Assembly (NCBI GenBank): GCA_015065725.1
Contig: SVPV01000011.1
Span: 488-64,487, forward strand
Reading direction: 5' to 3'
Length of the DNA stretch: 64,000 bases
Source of the DNA: Oscillospiraceae bacterium
GTDB lineage: Bacteria; Bacillota; Clostridia; Oscillospirales; Acutalibacteraceae
The translations under genes were made by a program, and so were the position numbers. Shown piece after piece: positions 36,108 to 44,996 of this stretch; position 1 is the first letter of the stretch, and each line of letters opens with the position of its first letter. Under the pieces are notes generated by a model. It was not told the origin of the DNA and ran no database searches. It was given only the letters and a program-made list of their open reading frames with translations.

Positions 36108-37613
36108 GTGAAAAAATACATACTTACCTTGGACGAAGGCACTACGAGTGCCCGTGCAATTATATTTGATAGGTTTGGAAATACAGTATCGGTAGCACAG
36201 CACGAATTCAGACAACTATATCCCTTAGCAAGTTATGTTGAACACGACCCGCAGGAGATTTTTACAAAGCAGTACACCGCTATGACAGAGGCTGTTTTAA
36301 AGACGGATATAGACCCCCTTGAGATTGCCGCCATAGGTATTACAAATCAGCGTGAAACGACTGTTGTTTGGAATAAGAATACGGGTGAGCCTGTATATAA
36401 TGCAATAGTTTGGCAATGCCGCCGCACTACCGAGTTTTGCGAAAAGCTTATTGCCGACGGATATTCAGATTATATAAGTGACACAACAGGTCTTAAAATT
36501 GACGCTTATTTTAGCGGCACAAAAATTAATTGGATATTAAATAACGTAGAGGGTGCTAAAGCCGCCGCAAAAAACGGTGAGCTTTTGTTTGGTACAATTG
36601 ATACTTGGCTTTTGTGGAAGCTTTCGGGCGGTAAAATTCACGCCACCGACTACACAAACGCCTCCCGTACTATGCTTTTTGATATACATAAACTCGAATT
36701 TGATAAAAAGCTTTTAGATATTTTAGATATTCCAGAGAGTATGCTTCCCGAGGTAAAGCCTAGTGCCCATTTCTTTGGTGAAATACAGTTTATGGGTGCT
36801 AATATACCCGTTTGCAGTATTGCAGGCGACCAACAGTCTGCCCTTTTCGGTCAAGGTTGTTTTATGGAGGGCGACACCAAAAACACCTACGGCACAGGCT
36901 GTTTTTTGCTTATGAATACAGGAAACAGTGCCTTTAAAAGTCAAAACGGACTTATAACTACACTTGCTTGCACTGCCGATAATGAGTCACCGCAATACGC
37001 CCTTGAGGGTAGTGTGTTTGTAGGCGGTGCGGTCATACAATGGCTACGCGATGAGCTTAAAATAATTAAAACTGCGATCGAGAGCGAGCGTCTTGCAAAT
37101 AAAACCTCCTCAAACGGCGGCGTTTATATAGTTCCCGCCTTTTCGGGATTGGGAGCACCATATTGGGATATGCGAGCACGCGGTACTATATGCGGACTGA
37201 CACGCGGCAGCGGAAGACCCGAGCTTGCACGTGCCGCACTTGAGGCAATAGCATATCAAAGCGAGGACCTACTCTCTTCAATGCGTGCCGACACAAAAAT
37301 ACCTTTAAAAACCTTAAAGGCAGACGGCGGTGCCGCCGCAAATAATTTTCTTATGCAGTTTCAGTCGGATGTTTCAAACATTACGGTTTCTTGCCCAAAA
37401 TCGCTTGAGGCAACCGCTTTAGGTGCCGCATTTTTGGCAGGTCTTACTGTTGGATTTTGGCAGGATAAAAGCGAGCTATTGTCACTAATTTCCGCCGACC
37501 GTAGCTTTTCTCCAAAGATTTCAGGTGCTGAACGCGAAAAGCAGCTTTTAGGTTGGCATAAAGCCGTTAACGCCGCAAAAGCGTTTAATTCCGAGCTTGG
37601 AGGTGGCGATTAA
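36108..37613 (+). CDS. glpK: Glycerol kinase
   Basis: [27 protein letters not shown] and [13 protein letters not shown] start after a GAGGTG RBS. Confidence 0.95.
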   Translation: MKKYILTLDEGTTSARAIIFDRFGNTVSVAQHEFRQLYPLASYVEHDPQEIFTKQYTAMTEAVLKTDIDPLEIAAIGITNQRETTVVWNKNTGEPVYNAIVWQCRRTTEFCEKLIADGYSDYISDTTGLKIDAYFSGTKINWILNNVEGAKAAAKNGELLFGTIDTWLLWKLSGGKIHATDYTNASRTMLFDIHKLEFDKKLLDILDIPESMLPEVKPSAHFFGEIQFMGANIPVCSIAGDQQSALFGQGCFMEGDTKNTYGTGCFLLMNTGNSAFKSQNGLITTLACTADNESPQYALEGSVFVGGAVIQWLRDELKIIKTAIESERLANKTSSNGGVYIVPAFSGLGAPYWDMRARGTICGLTRGSGRPELARAALEAIAYQSEDLLSSMRADTKIPLKTLKADGGAAANNFLMQFQSDVSNITVSCPKSLEATALGAAFLAGLTVGFWQDKSELLSLISADRSFSPKISGAEREKQLLGWHKAVNAAKAFNSELGGGD

Positions 37614-38527
37614 TGCGTATAACCGTAAATGCCTTTAACCTTGAAAGCAGTGACGGTATTCACACGCTAAAGGGTAAAATTTATATCCCCGACGGTGAAA
37701 TAAAAGGCCTTTTCCAAATAGTACATGGTATGACCGAGCATATAGACCGTTACCACGAATTTATGTCTTTGATTGCAAAAAGCGGATATATCTGCTTTGG
37801 CTTTAATAATTTAGGGCATAAAGGTACTGCTGAGGATAATGAACTTGGCTTTATAGCCGAAAAAGACGGATATAAATATCTTATTGATGACGTTGTAAAG
37901 GCATACAGTTTTATAAAGGAAAAATACAACTACGACAACTATGTTTTAATGGGACACAGTATGGGCTCATTTATAGTACGCTGTGTAGCCGCTGAATATC
38001 CCGAGCTTATAGACAAACTTATAATTTGCGGTACGGGAAGCAACTGTCTTTCAGCACTTTTCGGTGTAGGTATTGCCCTTGCAATCGAAAAAATTAAGGG
38101 TAACAGATATTGTTCTAAAATACTTGATAAAATAATTTTCGGTGCATATAATTTAGGCTTTGAACCTCTTTCAAAATATGAGTGGCTGACAAAAGACCGT
38201 AGTATAATTGAAAAGTATCAGAAGGATAAATATTGCACCTTCCGTTTTAGTGTTTCGGCAATTAAGGATTTGCTGATACTATCCTTTCTCGCAAACCGAA
38301 ATAAGTGGTATAAGAGCATACCAAAACAGTTGCCTATATTACTGATTTCAGGTGACAGGGACCCCGTAGGTGCTAACGGACGCGGTGTTAGGTCGATATA
38401 TAAAAAGCTTCGTATGGAAGAATTAAATGACGTTAATATGTTTCTTTATAAAGACTGCCGTCACGAAATATTAAACGACACCTGCAAGAATGAAGTTGTA
38501 TCTGACATAATGGAATTTATAAATTAG
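37613..38527 (+). CDS. Alpha/beta hydrolase (lysophospholipase / monoacylglycerol lipase-like)
   Basis: GHSMGS nucleophile elbow. TAATG overlap with glpK. Confidence 0.75.
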   Translation: MRITVNAFNLESSDGIHTLKGKIYIPDGEIKGLFQIVHGMTEHIDRYHEFMSLIAKSGYICFGFNNLGHKGTAEDNELGFIAEKDGYKYLIDDVVKAYSFIKEKYNYDNYVLMGHSMGSFIVRCVAAEYPELIDKLIICGTGSNCLSALFGVGIALAIEKIKGNRYCSKILDKIIFGAYNLGFEPLSKYEWLTKDRSIIEKYQKDKYCTFRFSVSAIKDLLILSFLANRNKWYKSIPKQLPILLISGDRDPVGANGRGVRSIYKKLRMEELNDVNMFLYKDCRHEILNDTCKNEVVSDIMEFIN

Positions 38528-38533
38528 CAAAAA

Positions 38534-38555
38534 TCCCGACTGTAAACAGTCGGGA
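38534..38555. terminator. Bidirectional terminator between convergent genes
   Basis: TCCCGACTG-TAAA-CAGTCGGGA flanked by A-run and T-run. Confidence 0.8.
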
Positions 38556-38576
38556 TTTTTTATTGTTGCTTTATTT

Positions 38577-40592
38577 TTACTCTTGTGCAGCGGCTATAAT
38601 CTTTTGAGCTATGTTGGCAGGAACATCCTCGTACCTTGCAAACTCAATACTAAAGGTAGCCATACCCTGTGTTATAGAACGCATAGCAGTGGAGAAGTCG
38701 GACATTTCAGCTATCGGTACTTCGCCCAAAACCTCCTGCATTTTATTAGCCGCAGGATTCATACCTATAATTCTACCGCGACGCTTGTTAATATCACCGA
38801 TAACGTCACCAAGCATTTCGTCGGGAACTAAAACCTTAAGGGTGCCAATAGGCTCCATAAGTACGGGACTCGCATTGGAAACACCCTCCTTAAAGGCTAT
38901 AGCGGCAGCCATCTTAAAGGACATTTCAGACGAGTCAACAGGATGGTAAGAACCGTCAACTAATGTCGCCTTTATTCCAACCATTGGATAGCCTGCCAAA
39001 ACACCCTTTTGTGTAGAGTCACGAAGACCTTTTTCAACTGCGGGGAAGAAGTTTTTAGGCACGGCACCGCCGAATACCTTTTCTTCAAATACTAACTCCT
39101 CGCTATCGCATGGCTCAAACTCAATCCAAACGTCACCGAACTGTCCGTGACCGCCCGATTGTTTCTTATGTCTGCCCTGTGCCTTAACCGATTTTCTAAT
39201 GGTTTCACGGTAGGCAATCTTGGGTTGCTCTAATTTAACCTCTGCACCGAACTTTGACTTAAGACGTGATACTAAAACATCAATATGCTGTTCACCCAAA
39301 GCCGATAAGATAAGCTCGTGTGTTTCATTATCCATAGCAACCTTGATTGTGGGGTCCTCTTCAGCAAGACGGTTAAGTCCTTGTGCGATTTTTTCTTCAT
39401 CACCCTTTTTTACGGGGTAAACTGCAACCGACAGTGACGGTGCGGGGAACTCAACAGCCTCACAACAAACCTTGCCGCTTTCGGATAAAATATCGCCTGT
39501 GATTACGCCGCCAAGCTTTGAAACAGAACCTATATCACCCGCCGATATGAAATCAGCATCCTCCTGCTTACCGCCTTTAAGCCACATAACCTTCGATATA
39601 CGCTCTTCCTCACCTGTCCTGCCGTTCTTAAGACGCATATCAGCCTTAACCTTGCCTGACAACACCTTAAAGTATGAAAGCTTACCAACAAATGGGTCGG
39701 CAATAGTTTTGAATACGTAAAGTGCGGCCTCGCCGTTTTCATCCGACTGCTTATCGGCAGCAGATGGCATAATTTGTGCTATGCTTTCAGCAAATAGCGG
39801 CACTGCATCGCCATTTTGCTGTACACCGCAGTATACAGGACAAATATCGCCCGATAGTACCCCTGCACGAAGACCGTTTGTAATTTCTTCCTTTGTAAAC
39901 TCTTCGCCGCCGAAGTATTTTTCCATAAGTGCCTCATCAGCAGATGCTACAGCCTCTAAAAGCATATCACGCATCTGGTCAATTTCGGTGCTAACGGGCA
40001 TACGGAATTCTTTTTTATTGATACCGTCAAAAGCGTAAGCCTTATTTTCAACAAGGTCTACGTAGCATTTAACCGCCTCATCCTCTATGTATGGTACTAT
40101 AACAGGGCAAATCACTGCACCGTAATTCGCAACTAATGCGGAAATTACACGGTAGAAATGTGCATGTGACGAATCAAGCTTACCTACAAAGAATGCTATA
40201 CTCTTGCCGAGTGCCTTTGCCTTATCATAGGCCTGCTTTGCACCAACAGTAAGTCCCGATTTACCCGAGAGGGCTATAACAGCCGAATCGGCAGCCGAAA
40301 GAGCCTCACAAACACCGCCCGCAAAATCAAAAAGTCCAGGGGCGTCAATAAGATTCATTTTTAAATTGTCTGCCTCTAAAGCATAGACTGCAGTAGATAC
40401 TGAACATTTACGCTTTTTTTCCTCTGTATCAAAATCCATAACGGTAGTTCCCTCGCCGGCTTTACCGATACGCTCAATCGCACCGTAATTGTAAAGCAGA
40501 GCGTCAACAAGGGTGGTTTTACCCGAACCGCTATGACCTAAAAATGCAATGTTTTTAATTTTGTCTGCTGAAAATTGTTTCAATTTGGACAC
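38577..40592 (-). CDS. Elongation factor G-like translational GTPase paralogue
   Basis: G1 GHSGSGKTT, G3 LIDAPG, and EF-G domains II-V by overall similarity. 671 aa. The G1 deviates from the canonical AHIDAGKTT of EF-G. Confidence 0.8.
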   Translation of the reverse strand: MSKLKQFSADKIKNIAFLGHSGSGKTTLVDALLYNYGAIERIGKAGEGTTVMDFDTEEKKRKCSVSTAVYALEADNLKMNLIDAPGLFDFAGGVCEALSAADSAVIALSGKSGLTVGAKQAYDKAKALGKSIAFFVGKLDSSHAHFYRVISALVANYGAVICPVIVPYIEDEAVKCYVDLVENKAYAFDGINKKEFRMPVSTEIDQMRDMLLEAVASADEALMEKYFGGEEFTKEEITNGLRAGVLSGDICPVYCGVQQNGDAVPLFAESIAQIMPSAADKQSDENGEAALYVFKTIADPFVGKLSYFKVLSGKVKADMRLKNGRTGEEERISKVMWLKGGKQEDADFISAGDIGSVSKLGGVITGDILSESGKVCCEAVEFPAPSLSVAVYPVKKGDEEKIAQGLNRLAEEDPTIKVAMDNETHELILSALGEQHIDVLVSRLKSKFGAEVKLEQPKIAYRETIRKSVKAQGRHKKQSGGHGQFGDVWIEFEPCDSEELVFEEKVFGGAVPKNFFPAVEKGLRDSTQKGVLAGYPMVGIKATLVDGSYHPVDSSEMSFKMAAAIAFKEGVSNASPVLMEPIGTLKVLVPDEMLGDVIGDINKRRGRIIGMNPAANKMQEVLGEVPIAEMSDFSTAMRSITQGMATFSIEFARYEDVPANIAQKIIAAAQE

Positions 40593-40840
40593 TCCTTAAC
40601 GCGATGTGCAGGTTTTCCCTTACATCTCAATTTGAATATAATATATTATAGCATATTGTTTTATCTATTACAACTAATTTTTTTAAAAACTTTAAAAGTA
40701 TTTTATCTAATTGTCACAAACAGAGGTTTTTAATCGAATTTTTTTACCATTTGTCTAAAAAAGTCATTAAAAAATCTACATCTTGACAAAATTAATACGA
40801 ATTTGTAGAATATAAGAAGAAATTTTTTACAGGTGATATA

Positions 40841-41665
40841 ATGGCTACTTACAAAATTTTTGCAAGCGATTTAGACGCTACTTTGCTTAACGACAATTTA
40901 AAGGTCGGCGAAGTAAATCTTGCGGCTATTGATAAAATGAGGGAAAAGGGCATTGAGTTTATACCGGTTACAGGCAGATGCTTAGCAGAAGTCCCAAATG
41001 AACTTTTAAAAGGTGAAAAACTAAGATTTATAATAAATTCCAACGGTGCATCAATTTGTAATCTTAAAACTAAGACCACTCACATCACACCGCTTAAAAA
41101 AGATTCGGTTAAAGTGATTTTGGATACTATAAAAAATTACTCTGTGGTGCTTGTATCTCATTCAAACAATGAGGATTTAGTTGACACAAAAGAATGTTCC
41201 GAAGAAGTTTTTAGAGAACACAGAATGAGTGAAGCCTACAACAATATAATTTTACCCGTATCAAAGCGTGTAGAAAATTTAAGGGAAAGACTTCTAAATG
41301 ATATACCCACCGAAATGCTATGCCTTTTCTTTAAATATGAGGAAGAAAGGCAGGAATGTTTCCAAAAGCTCAAAAGAGTAGAGGGTATAACTCCTACAAG
41401 CTCAATAGGTGGCAATATGGAAATTTTAAATAGTGCTGTCAGCAAGGGTACTACCCTTAAAAACCTTGCCGCAACACTAGGTGTTAAACCATCCGAGATA
41501 ATCGCAGTAGGCGATAACCATAACGACATGAGCTTAACCGACACGGCTGGTCTCTCCCTTGCAGTATCAAACGGTGTTGACGAGTTGAAGCAGAAAGCTG
41601 ATAAGGTAATTTGCTCTAACAACGAAAACATTGCAGATTATATCTATAAAAACTTCATTGGGTGA
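40841..41665 (+). CDS. Cof-type HAD-IIB phosphatase
   Basis: IFASDLDATLL (DxD motif) and GDNHNDMSL. Confidence 0.85.
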   Translation: MATYKIFASDLDATLLNDNLKVGEVNLAAIDKMREKGIEFIPVTGRCLAEVPNELLKGEKLRFIINSNGASICNLKTKTTHITPLKKDSVKVILDTIKNYSVVLVSHSNNEDLVDTKECSEEVFREHRMSEAYNNIILPVSKRVENLRERLLNDIPTEMLCLFFKYEEERQECFQKLKRVEGITPTSSIGGNMEILNSAVSKGTTLKNLAATLGVKPSEIIAVGDNHNDMSLTDTAGLSLAVSNGVDELKQKADKVICSNNENIADYIYKNFIG

Positions 41666-41750
41666 AAAAATTTAAAAAAATTAAAATTTACTATTGATTT
41701 TTTTGAATATTTGTGATATCATACTATGGCGGCTTGAAAAAGCGGCATTT

Positions 41751-41827
41751 GCGCTGATAGCTCAGCTGGATAGAGCGTCTGGCTACGGACCAGAAGGTCG
41801 GGAGTTCGAATCTTCTTCAGCGCGCCA
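41751..41827 (+). tRNA. tRNA-Arg (anticodon ACG), CCA encoded
   Basis: GCGCTGA acceptor, D-arm TAGCTCAGCTGGATAGAGCG, anticodon arm TCTGG-CTACGGA-CCAGA, T-arm GGGAG-TTCGAAT-CTTCT (two G.U pairs), TCAGCGC-G-CCA. Confidence 0.9.
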
Positions 41828-41835
41828 AAGAAAAA

Positions 41836-41864
41836 GACAAGTTTCTATCGAAACTTGTCTTTTT
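41836..41864 (+). terminator. Intrinsic terminator after tRNA-Arg
   Basis: GACAAGTTTC-TATC-GAAACTTGTC followed by TTTTT. Confidence 0.85.
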
Positions 41865-41865
41865 C

Positions 41866-42083
41866 AGTTATATTCGCCTTTGGCGAGTTATATTGCTACG
41901 CAGTTGTATTTGGACTAAAGTCCAAGTTATATTCGCTTCGCGAGTTTTATAGGCGGATATAATATAACTGAAACCAAAGGTTTCAATATCACTTTCACAG
42001 AGTGAAAATATCACTGTGCTAAAAGCACAATATCACTTAAAACCGTGGGGGTTCAAATATATAGGTGGTTTTTTAATAACCTC
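41866..42083. repeat. Array of different short palindromes separated by a conserved 7-nt AT-rich spacer
   Basis: Perfect palindromes: TCGCC-TTT-GGCGA (41874-86), TGC-TAC-GCA (41894-902), TTGGAC-TAAA-GTCCAA (41910-25), TCGC-TTC-GCGA (41933-43), TGAAACC-AAA-GGTTTCA (41969-85), TTTCAC-AGA-GTGAAA (41993-42007), TGTGCT-AAA-AGCACA (42015-29). Spacers are GTTATAT, GTTGTAT, GTTATAT and GTTTTAT, then ATATCAC three times with an exact 22-nt period. Confidence 0.8.
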
Positions 42084-42162
42084 TAATTCGTACACCCTTT
42101 CCAAAATATGCGGTTCCACTTTTTGTGGGACTGCTTTTTATTTTATCCCCTCTAAACGCACA

Positions 42163-42194
42163 AAAGAGATAAGAGTTTTAACTCTTATCTCTTT
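42163..42194 (-). terminator. Hairpin downstream of rpsT
   Basis: AAAGAGATAAGAGT-TTTA-ACTCTTATCTCTTT, 14-bp perfect stem; only a weak U-tail on the minus strand. Confidence 0.5.
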
Positions 42195-42230
42195 ATCATG
42201 CAAGTATTACTTTTAAATTTTGTTTTAGAA

Positions 42231-42491
42231 TTATGCTTTTGCATTTAAACGGTTTACTAGATTAGACTTCTTTCTAGCAGCGTTGTTGGTATGAAGAATA
42301 CCCTTAACAGCAGCTTGGTCTATCTTTTTAACGGCAACCTTTACTGCTTCAGCTGCCTCGGGAGAATTAGCTTCAATAGCAGCATCAGCCTTTTTAATAG
42401 CAGTTCTTAAAGCGGAGCGGTAAGCCTTATTACGCTCATAGTTAGCCTTACTAACGAGAACACGTTTCTTAGCAGATTTTATATTCGGCAT
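42231..42491 (-). CDS. rpsT: 30S ribosomal protein S20
   Basis: MPNIKSAKKRVLVSKANYERNKAYRSALRTAIKK is canonical S20. GGAGGTGG RBS. Confidence 0.95.
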   Translation of the reverse strand: MPNIKSAKKRVLVSKANYERNKAYRSALRTAIKKADAAIEANSPEAAEAVKVAVKKIDQAAVKGILHTNNAARKKSNLVNRLNAKA

Positions 42492-42526
42492 ATTGCCACC
42501 TCCTCTTCTTTACTCAAATGTACATC

Positions 42527-42805
42527 TTAGCCAAAGCATTCAAACCCGAATCAGATTTTGAGATAAGGATATTATGCTGTGGCTTTGTTAAAATACTCGC
42601 AAATCCGTCAGGATTTGCTGCGTTTTGTGCCTCGCCACACCCTAAATCCTTTAATCACAAAATTCTTCGACCTAAAAGGTACGATTTTATGAGTAGATTT
42701 TGGTGATGCGAAGCACATAAGGCTGTCGCCTATGTGCGACAAAGAGCCAAAAGATGCCTTAAAACCGCCCTTTTAGGCTGGTTCGGGTTTAAATGCTTTG
42801 GCTAG
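42527..42805. repeat. Element A: 279-bp segment bounded by 24-nt inverted repeats; its left 80 nt is copy 2 of the 80-nt dispersed repeat
   Basis: TTAGCCAAAGCATTCAAACCCGAA (42527-42550) versus the reverse complement of TTCGGGTTTAAATGCTTTGGCTAG (42782-42805), 22/24. Central hairpin GCAAATCC-GTCA-GGATTTGC (42599-42618). The right arm looks like a diverged second copy interrupted by ~115 nt. Confidence 0.75.
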
Positions 42806-43078
42806 TGTGACAGGACTTGAACCTGTCACGGTTTCGCTCGCCGCCTTTTGTATTGCGGCTTTGACTCATTTTTGCAACGCGTCAGCCTTGCTTCAAATTT
42901 CCTGCTTCGCCAAATATAAAATTCGGCGGCAGAAACTTTTAAACTTACGGAATTATAAATTTTTGTATAAGACGAAGCTGACAAAACGCAGTAATACTGT
43001 CGTATTTCAAGTTTTGAGGCAAAGTATTATCAAAAATTTTATTTCGTAGGCGTGACACGTTTAAGTCCTGTCACACTA
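42803..43078. repeat. Element B: 276-bp MITE-like segment bounded by 27-nt inverted repeats that are themselves hairpins
   Basis: TAGTGTGACAGGACTTGAACCTGTCAC (42803-42829) versus the reverse complement of GTGACACGTTTAAGTCCTGTCACACTA (43052-43078), 25/27. It abuts element A through a shared TAG. No convincing ORF inside. Confidence 0.7.
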
Positions 43079-43136
43079 TATTATCACAACAATTCTTAAA
43101 TTGCAAGTGTTTTTTGCCCATTTAGACAAAATTATT

Positions 43137-44162
43137 TTATTCTTCAATAATAAGCTCTTTAACAGAACGCATTTGGTAATCAACATTCTTTAAAAGCTCT
43201 CTCTTTTTAAGGGCTACTGCCGCACCCTTAACAACGCTGTGGGTAGGGTCATCAAGTAAATTAACCTTAAGTCCCGTATAATTCGCTATTAGCTTATCCA
43301 TACCGTAAAGCAATGAACCGCCGCCTGTAAGATAAAGTCCGTCTGAAGTTATATCATTAATCATATCGGGGTCTGTTTTCGAAAGTACCGAGCGAATAGC
43401 ATTAGTAATCGCACCTAAAGTATCCTTTATCGCCTCATAGACCTCTTCCGAGGTTATTTCAAAGCTTTCGGGAAGTCCTGTAAATACATTTCTGCCCTTT
43501 GCAACCATAGCTATTTCGTAAGGACGCTCAATAGCACTGCCTATTTGTTTTTTTATAGTTTCTGCCATAAGCGGACCTATTTCAATATTGTATTCCTTGC
43601 GGATATAACGTGTTATCTGCTCATCAAAATCGGCCGAAGCGGTTTTAAAGGAATCGCATACCGCTATACCGCCCATTGACACAACCGCAATGTCGGTAGT
43701 ACCGGCCCCAATATCAATTATCAGTGTGCCGTGCGGTTTAGAAAAATCAAGTCCCAAGCCGAAGGCTATTGCGAGCGGACCTTCGATAACCGATATATTT
43801 CTACCGCCTGCAGATTCAACTACATTTGCAAGCGAATGGTGCTGAAGCTCGGTAAGACCTGCAGGCAATGTTGCCATTATGCTAGGTCTCACAATTTTAT
43901 TGCCAAAAGCCTTGCTCATATAGTCTTTAAGCATCATTTCGGCAATATCGTAATATGCTATTACGCCGTGTTCTATGGGCATAACACAATTAAAGCTCTC
44001 GGGTGTTCTGCCAAGAGTCTGTTTTGCTTTTTCGCCGTAGTAAATAGGCTCAAAGCTTTCCGCATCAACCGTAACCACGCTTGGTAATTCAAGCACCACC
44101 TTAGAGCTTGAAAATATAACAGTTTTGGAAGTGCCTATATCTATTCCTATTTCAGTAGCCAT
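43137..44162 (-). CDS. mreB: MreB/Mbl family rod-shape (actin-like) protein
   Basis: IGIDIGTSKT, LIIDIGAGTTDIAV and LTGGGSLL actin-fold motifs. 341 aa. Confidence 0.88.
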   Translation of the reverse strand: MATEIGIDIGTSKTVIFSSSKVVLELPSVVTVDAESFEPIYYGEKAKQTLGRTPESFNCVMPIEHGVIAYYDIAEMMLKDYMSKAFGNKIVRPSIMATLPAGLTELQHHSLANVVESAGGRNISVIEGPLAIAFGLGLDFSKPHGTLIIDIGAGTTDIAVVSMGGIAVCDSFKTASADFDEQITRYIRKEYNIEIGPLMAETIKKQIGSAIERPYEIAMVAKGRNVFTGLPESFEITSEEVYEAIKDTLGAITNAIRSVLSKTDPDMINDITSDGLYLTGGGSLLYGMDKLIANYTGLKVNLLDDPTHSVVKGAAVALKKRELLKNVDYQMRSVKELIIEE

Positions 44163-44204
44163 TAATTATCACCATAGTAATTATATAATATACGAGAGCG
44201 TATT

Positions 44205-44996
44205 TCAACCAATATTCTCACCGAATTTCTGAAGTATCTTCTGTGAGTTTATACGCCTTTTGGTTTTTGGTTGCATTCGCGTATCGGTTATTAATGCACA
44301 AACCGCATAGACCGTATTAGCACCCGCAAACAGAAGTTGTCTTGCACATTCGTCAAGGGTAGCACCCGTAGTTTTAATATCATCAACCAAAAGTACCGTT
44401 TTACCTCTAATCTCGCTTGAGCGTTCTAGATTATAGAAATATTTGTTTCTGACTGCTTCAAACCTCTTGTCACGCTTTAGGTTGTGCTGAAATTTAAAGT
44501 TAAATTTACCGTAAAGACTGTCCTTTACAAGAGGGATTTCTAACAACTTAGAAATTCTTTCAGCCAATAAATAACTCTGATTAAACCCTCGTCTTAAAAA
44601 GCTGTAGGCGGTAGATGGAACATAACAAACCGCATCAAAGCCTACCTTTCCCCATTCGCTTTTTATAGATTTCGCCATTTCGTCGGCGAAATAAACCGCA
44701 TAGTGAGCCTTACGCTTAAATTTAAAGGCGTACATACCTCTGCGTGCAATACCCTCGTTAAAAAACGGTGCTATACATTCTTCAAAATGATAAACATATT
44801 TATAACACTGACAGGTTTTCTTTTCAAGTCCGCACTTTTTACAGCGTTTAACAGGGTCTATACGCTCAATATTTCTAATGCAGTTGTCACAAAGCTCTTC
44901 GTCGCTGTCGATTATTTCATCGCAACAAACACATTGTTTTGGAAAAAGGGTATCAAGCAACATATTTTTAGGTCGCAAATATTTATTTCTATCCAT
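44205..44996 (-). CDS. comF: ComF family protein (phosphoribosyltransferase domain)
   Basis: N-terminal Cys pairs (CVCCDE...CDNC, CKKCG...CQC) and the PRTase motif VLLVDDIKTTGATL. Confidence 0.85.
   Translation of the reverse strand: MDRNKYLRPKNMLLDTLFPKQCVCCDEIIDSDEELCDNCIRNIERIDPVKRCKKCGLEKKTCQCYKYVYHFEECIAPFFNEGIARRGMYAFKFKRKAHYAVYFADEMAKSIKSEWGKVGFDAVCYVPSTAYSFLRRGFNQSYLLAERISKLLEIPLVKDSLYGKFNFKFQHNLKRDKRFEAVRNKYFYNLERSSEIRGKTVLLVDDIKTTGATLDECARQLLFAGANTVYAVCALITDTRMQPKTKRRINSQKILQKFGENIG

Noticed and set aside
38577-40592. A Tet(M)/Tet(O)-type ribosomal protection (tetracycline resistance) gene.
   Set aside because: Only generic EF-G-family similarity is visible. There is no mobile-element context and no leader peptide. 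The G1 motif differs from both Tet(M) and EF-G. Resistance cannot be claimed from sequence.
41866-42083. CRISPR array.
   Set aside because: The conserved unit is only 7 nt. The variable units are themselves palindromes of 9-17 nt. The period is about 22 nt, and no cas genes are in the window.
41694-43049. Track ORFs 41694-41918, 42016-42216, 42518-42706 and 42798-43049 in the non-coding region.
   Set aside because: The first runs through tRNA-Arg and its terminator. The others run through the palindrome array, the rpsT terminator and the inverted-repeat elements. None has an RBS, and none has a recognisable family.
42797-43078. tmRNA (ssrA) as the explanation for the tRNA-like acceptor/T-arm/CCA enclosing ~230 nt.
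   Set aside because: The acceptor is U1-A72, A2-U71, G3-C70, with no G3.U70 Ala identity pair. The 5' end is not GGGG. I could not find a tag ORF ending in an Ala-Ala-stop-type sequence. The length is shorter than a typical tmRNA.
42527-43078. 6S RNA, RNase P RNA or SRP RNA in the rpsT-mreB gap.
   Set aside because: I found no GAGGAAAGTCC-type RNase P core and no SRP domain IV motif (GGAA/AGCA symmetric loop context). The 80-nt module recurs elsewhere, which argues for a repeat rather than a single-copy housekeeping RNA. This was not tested with covariance models.
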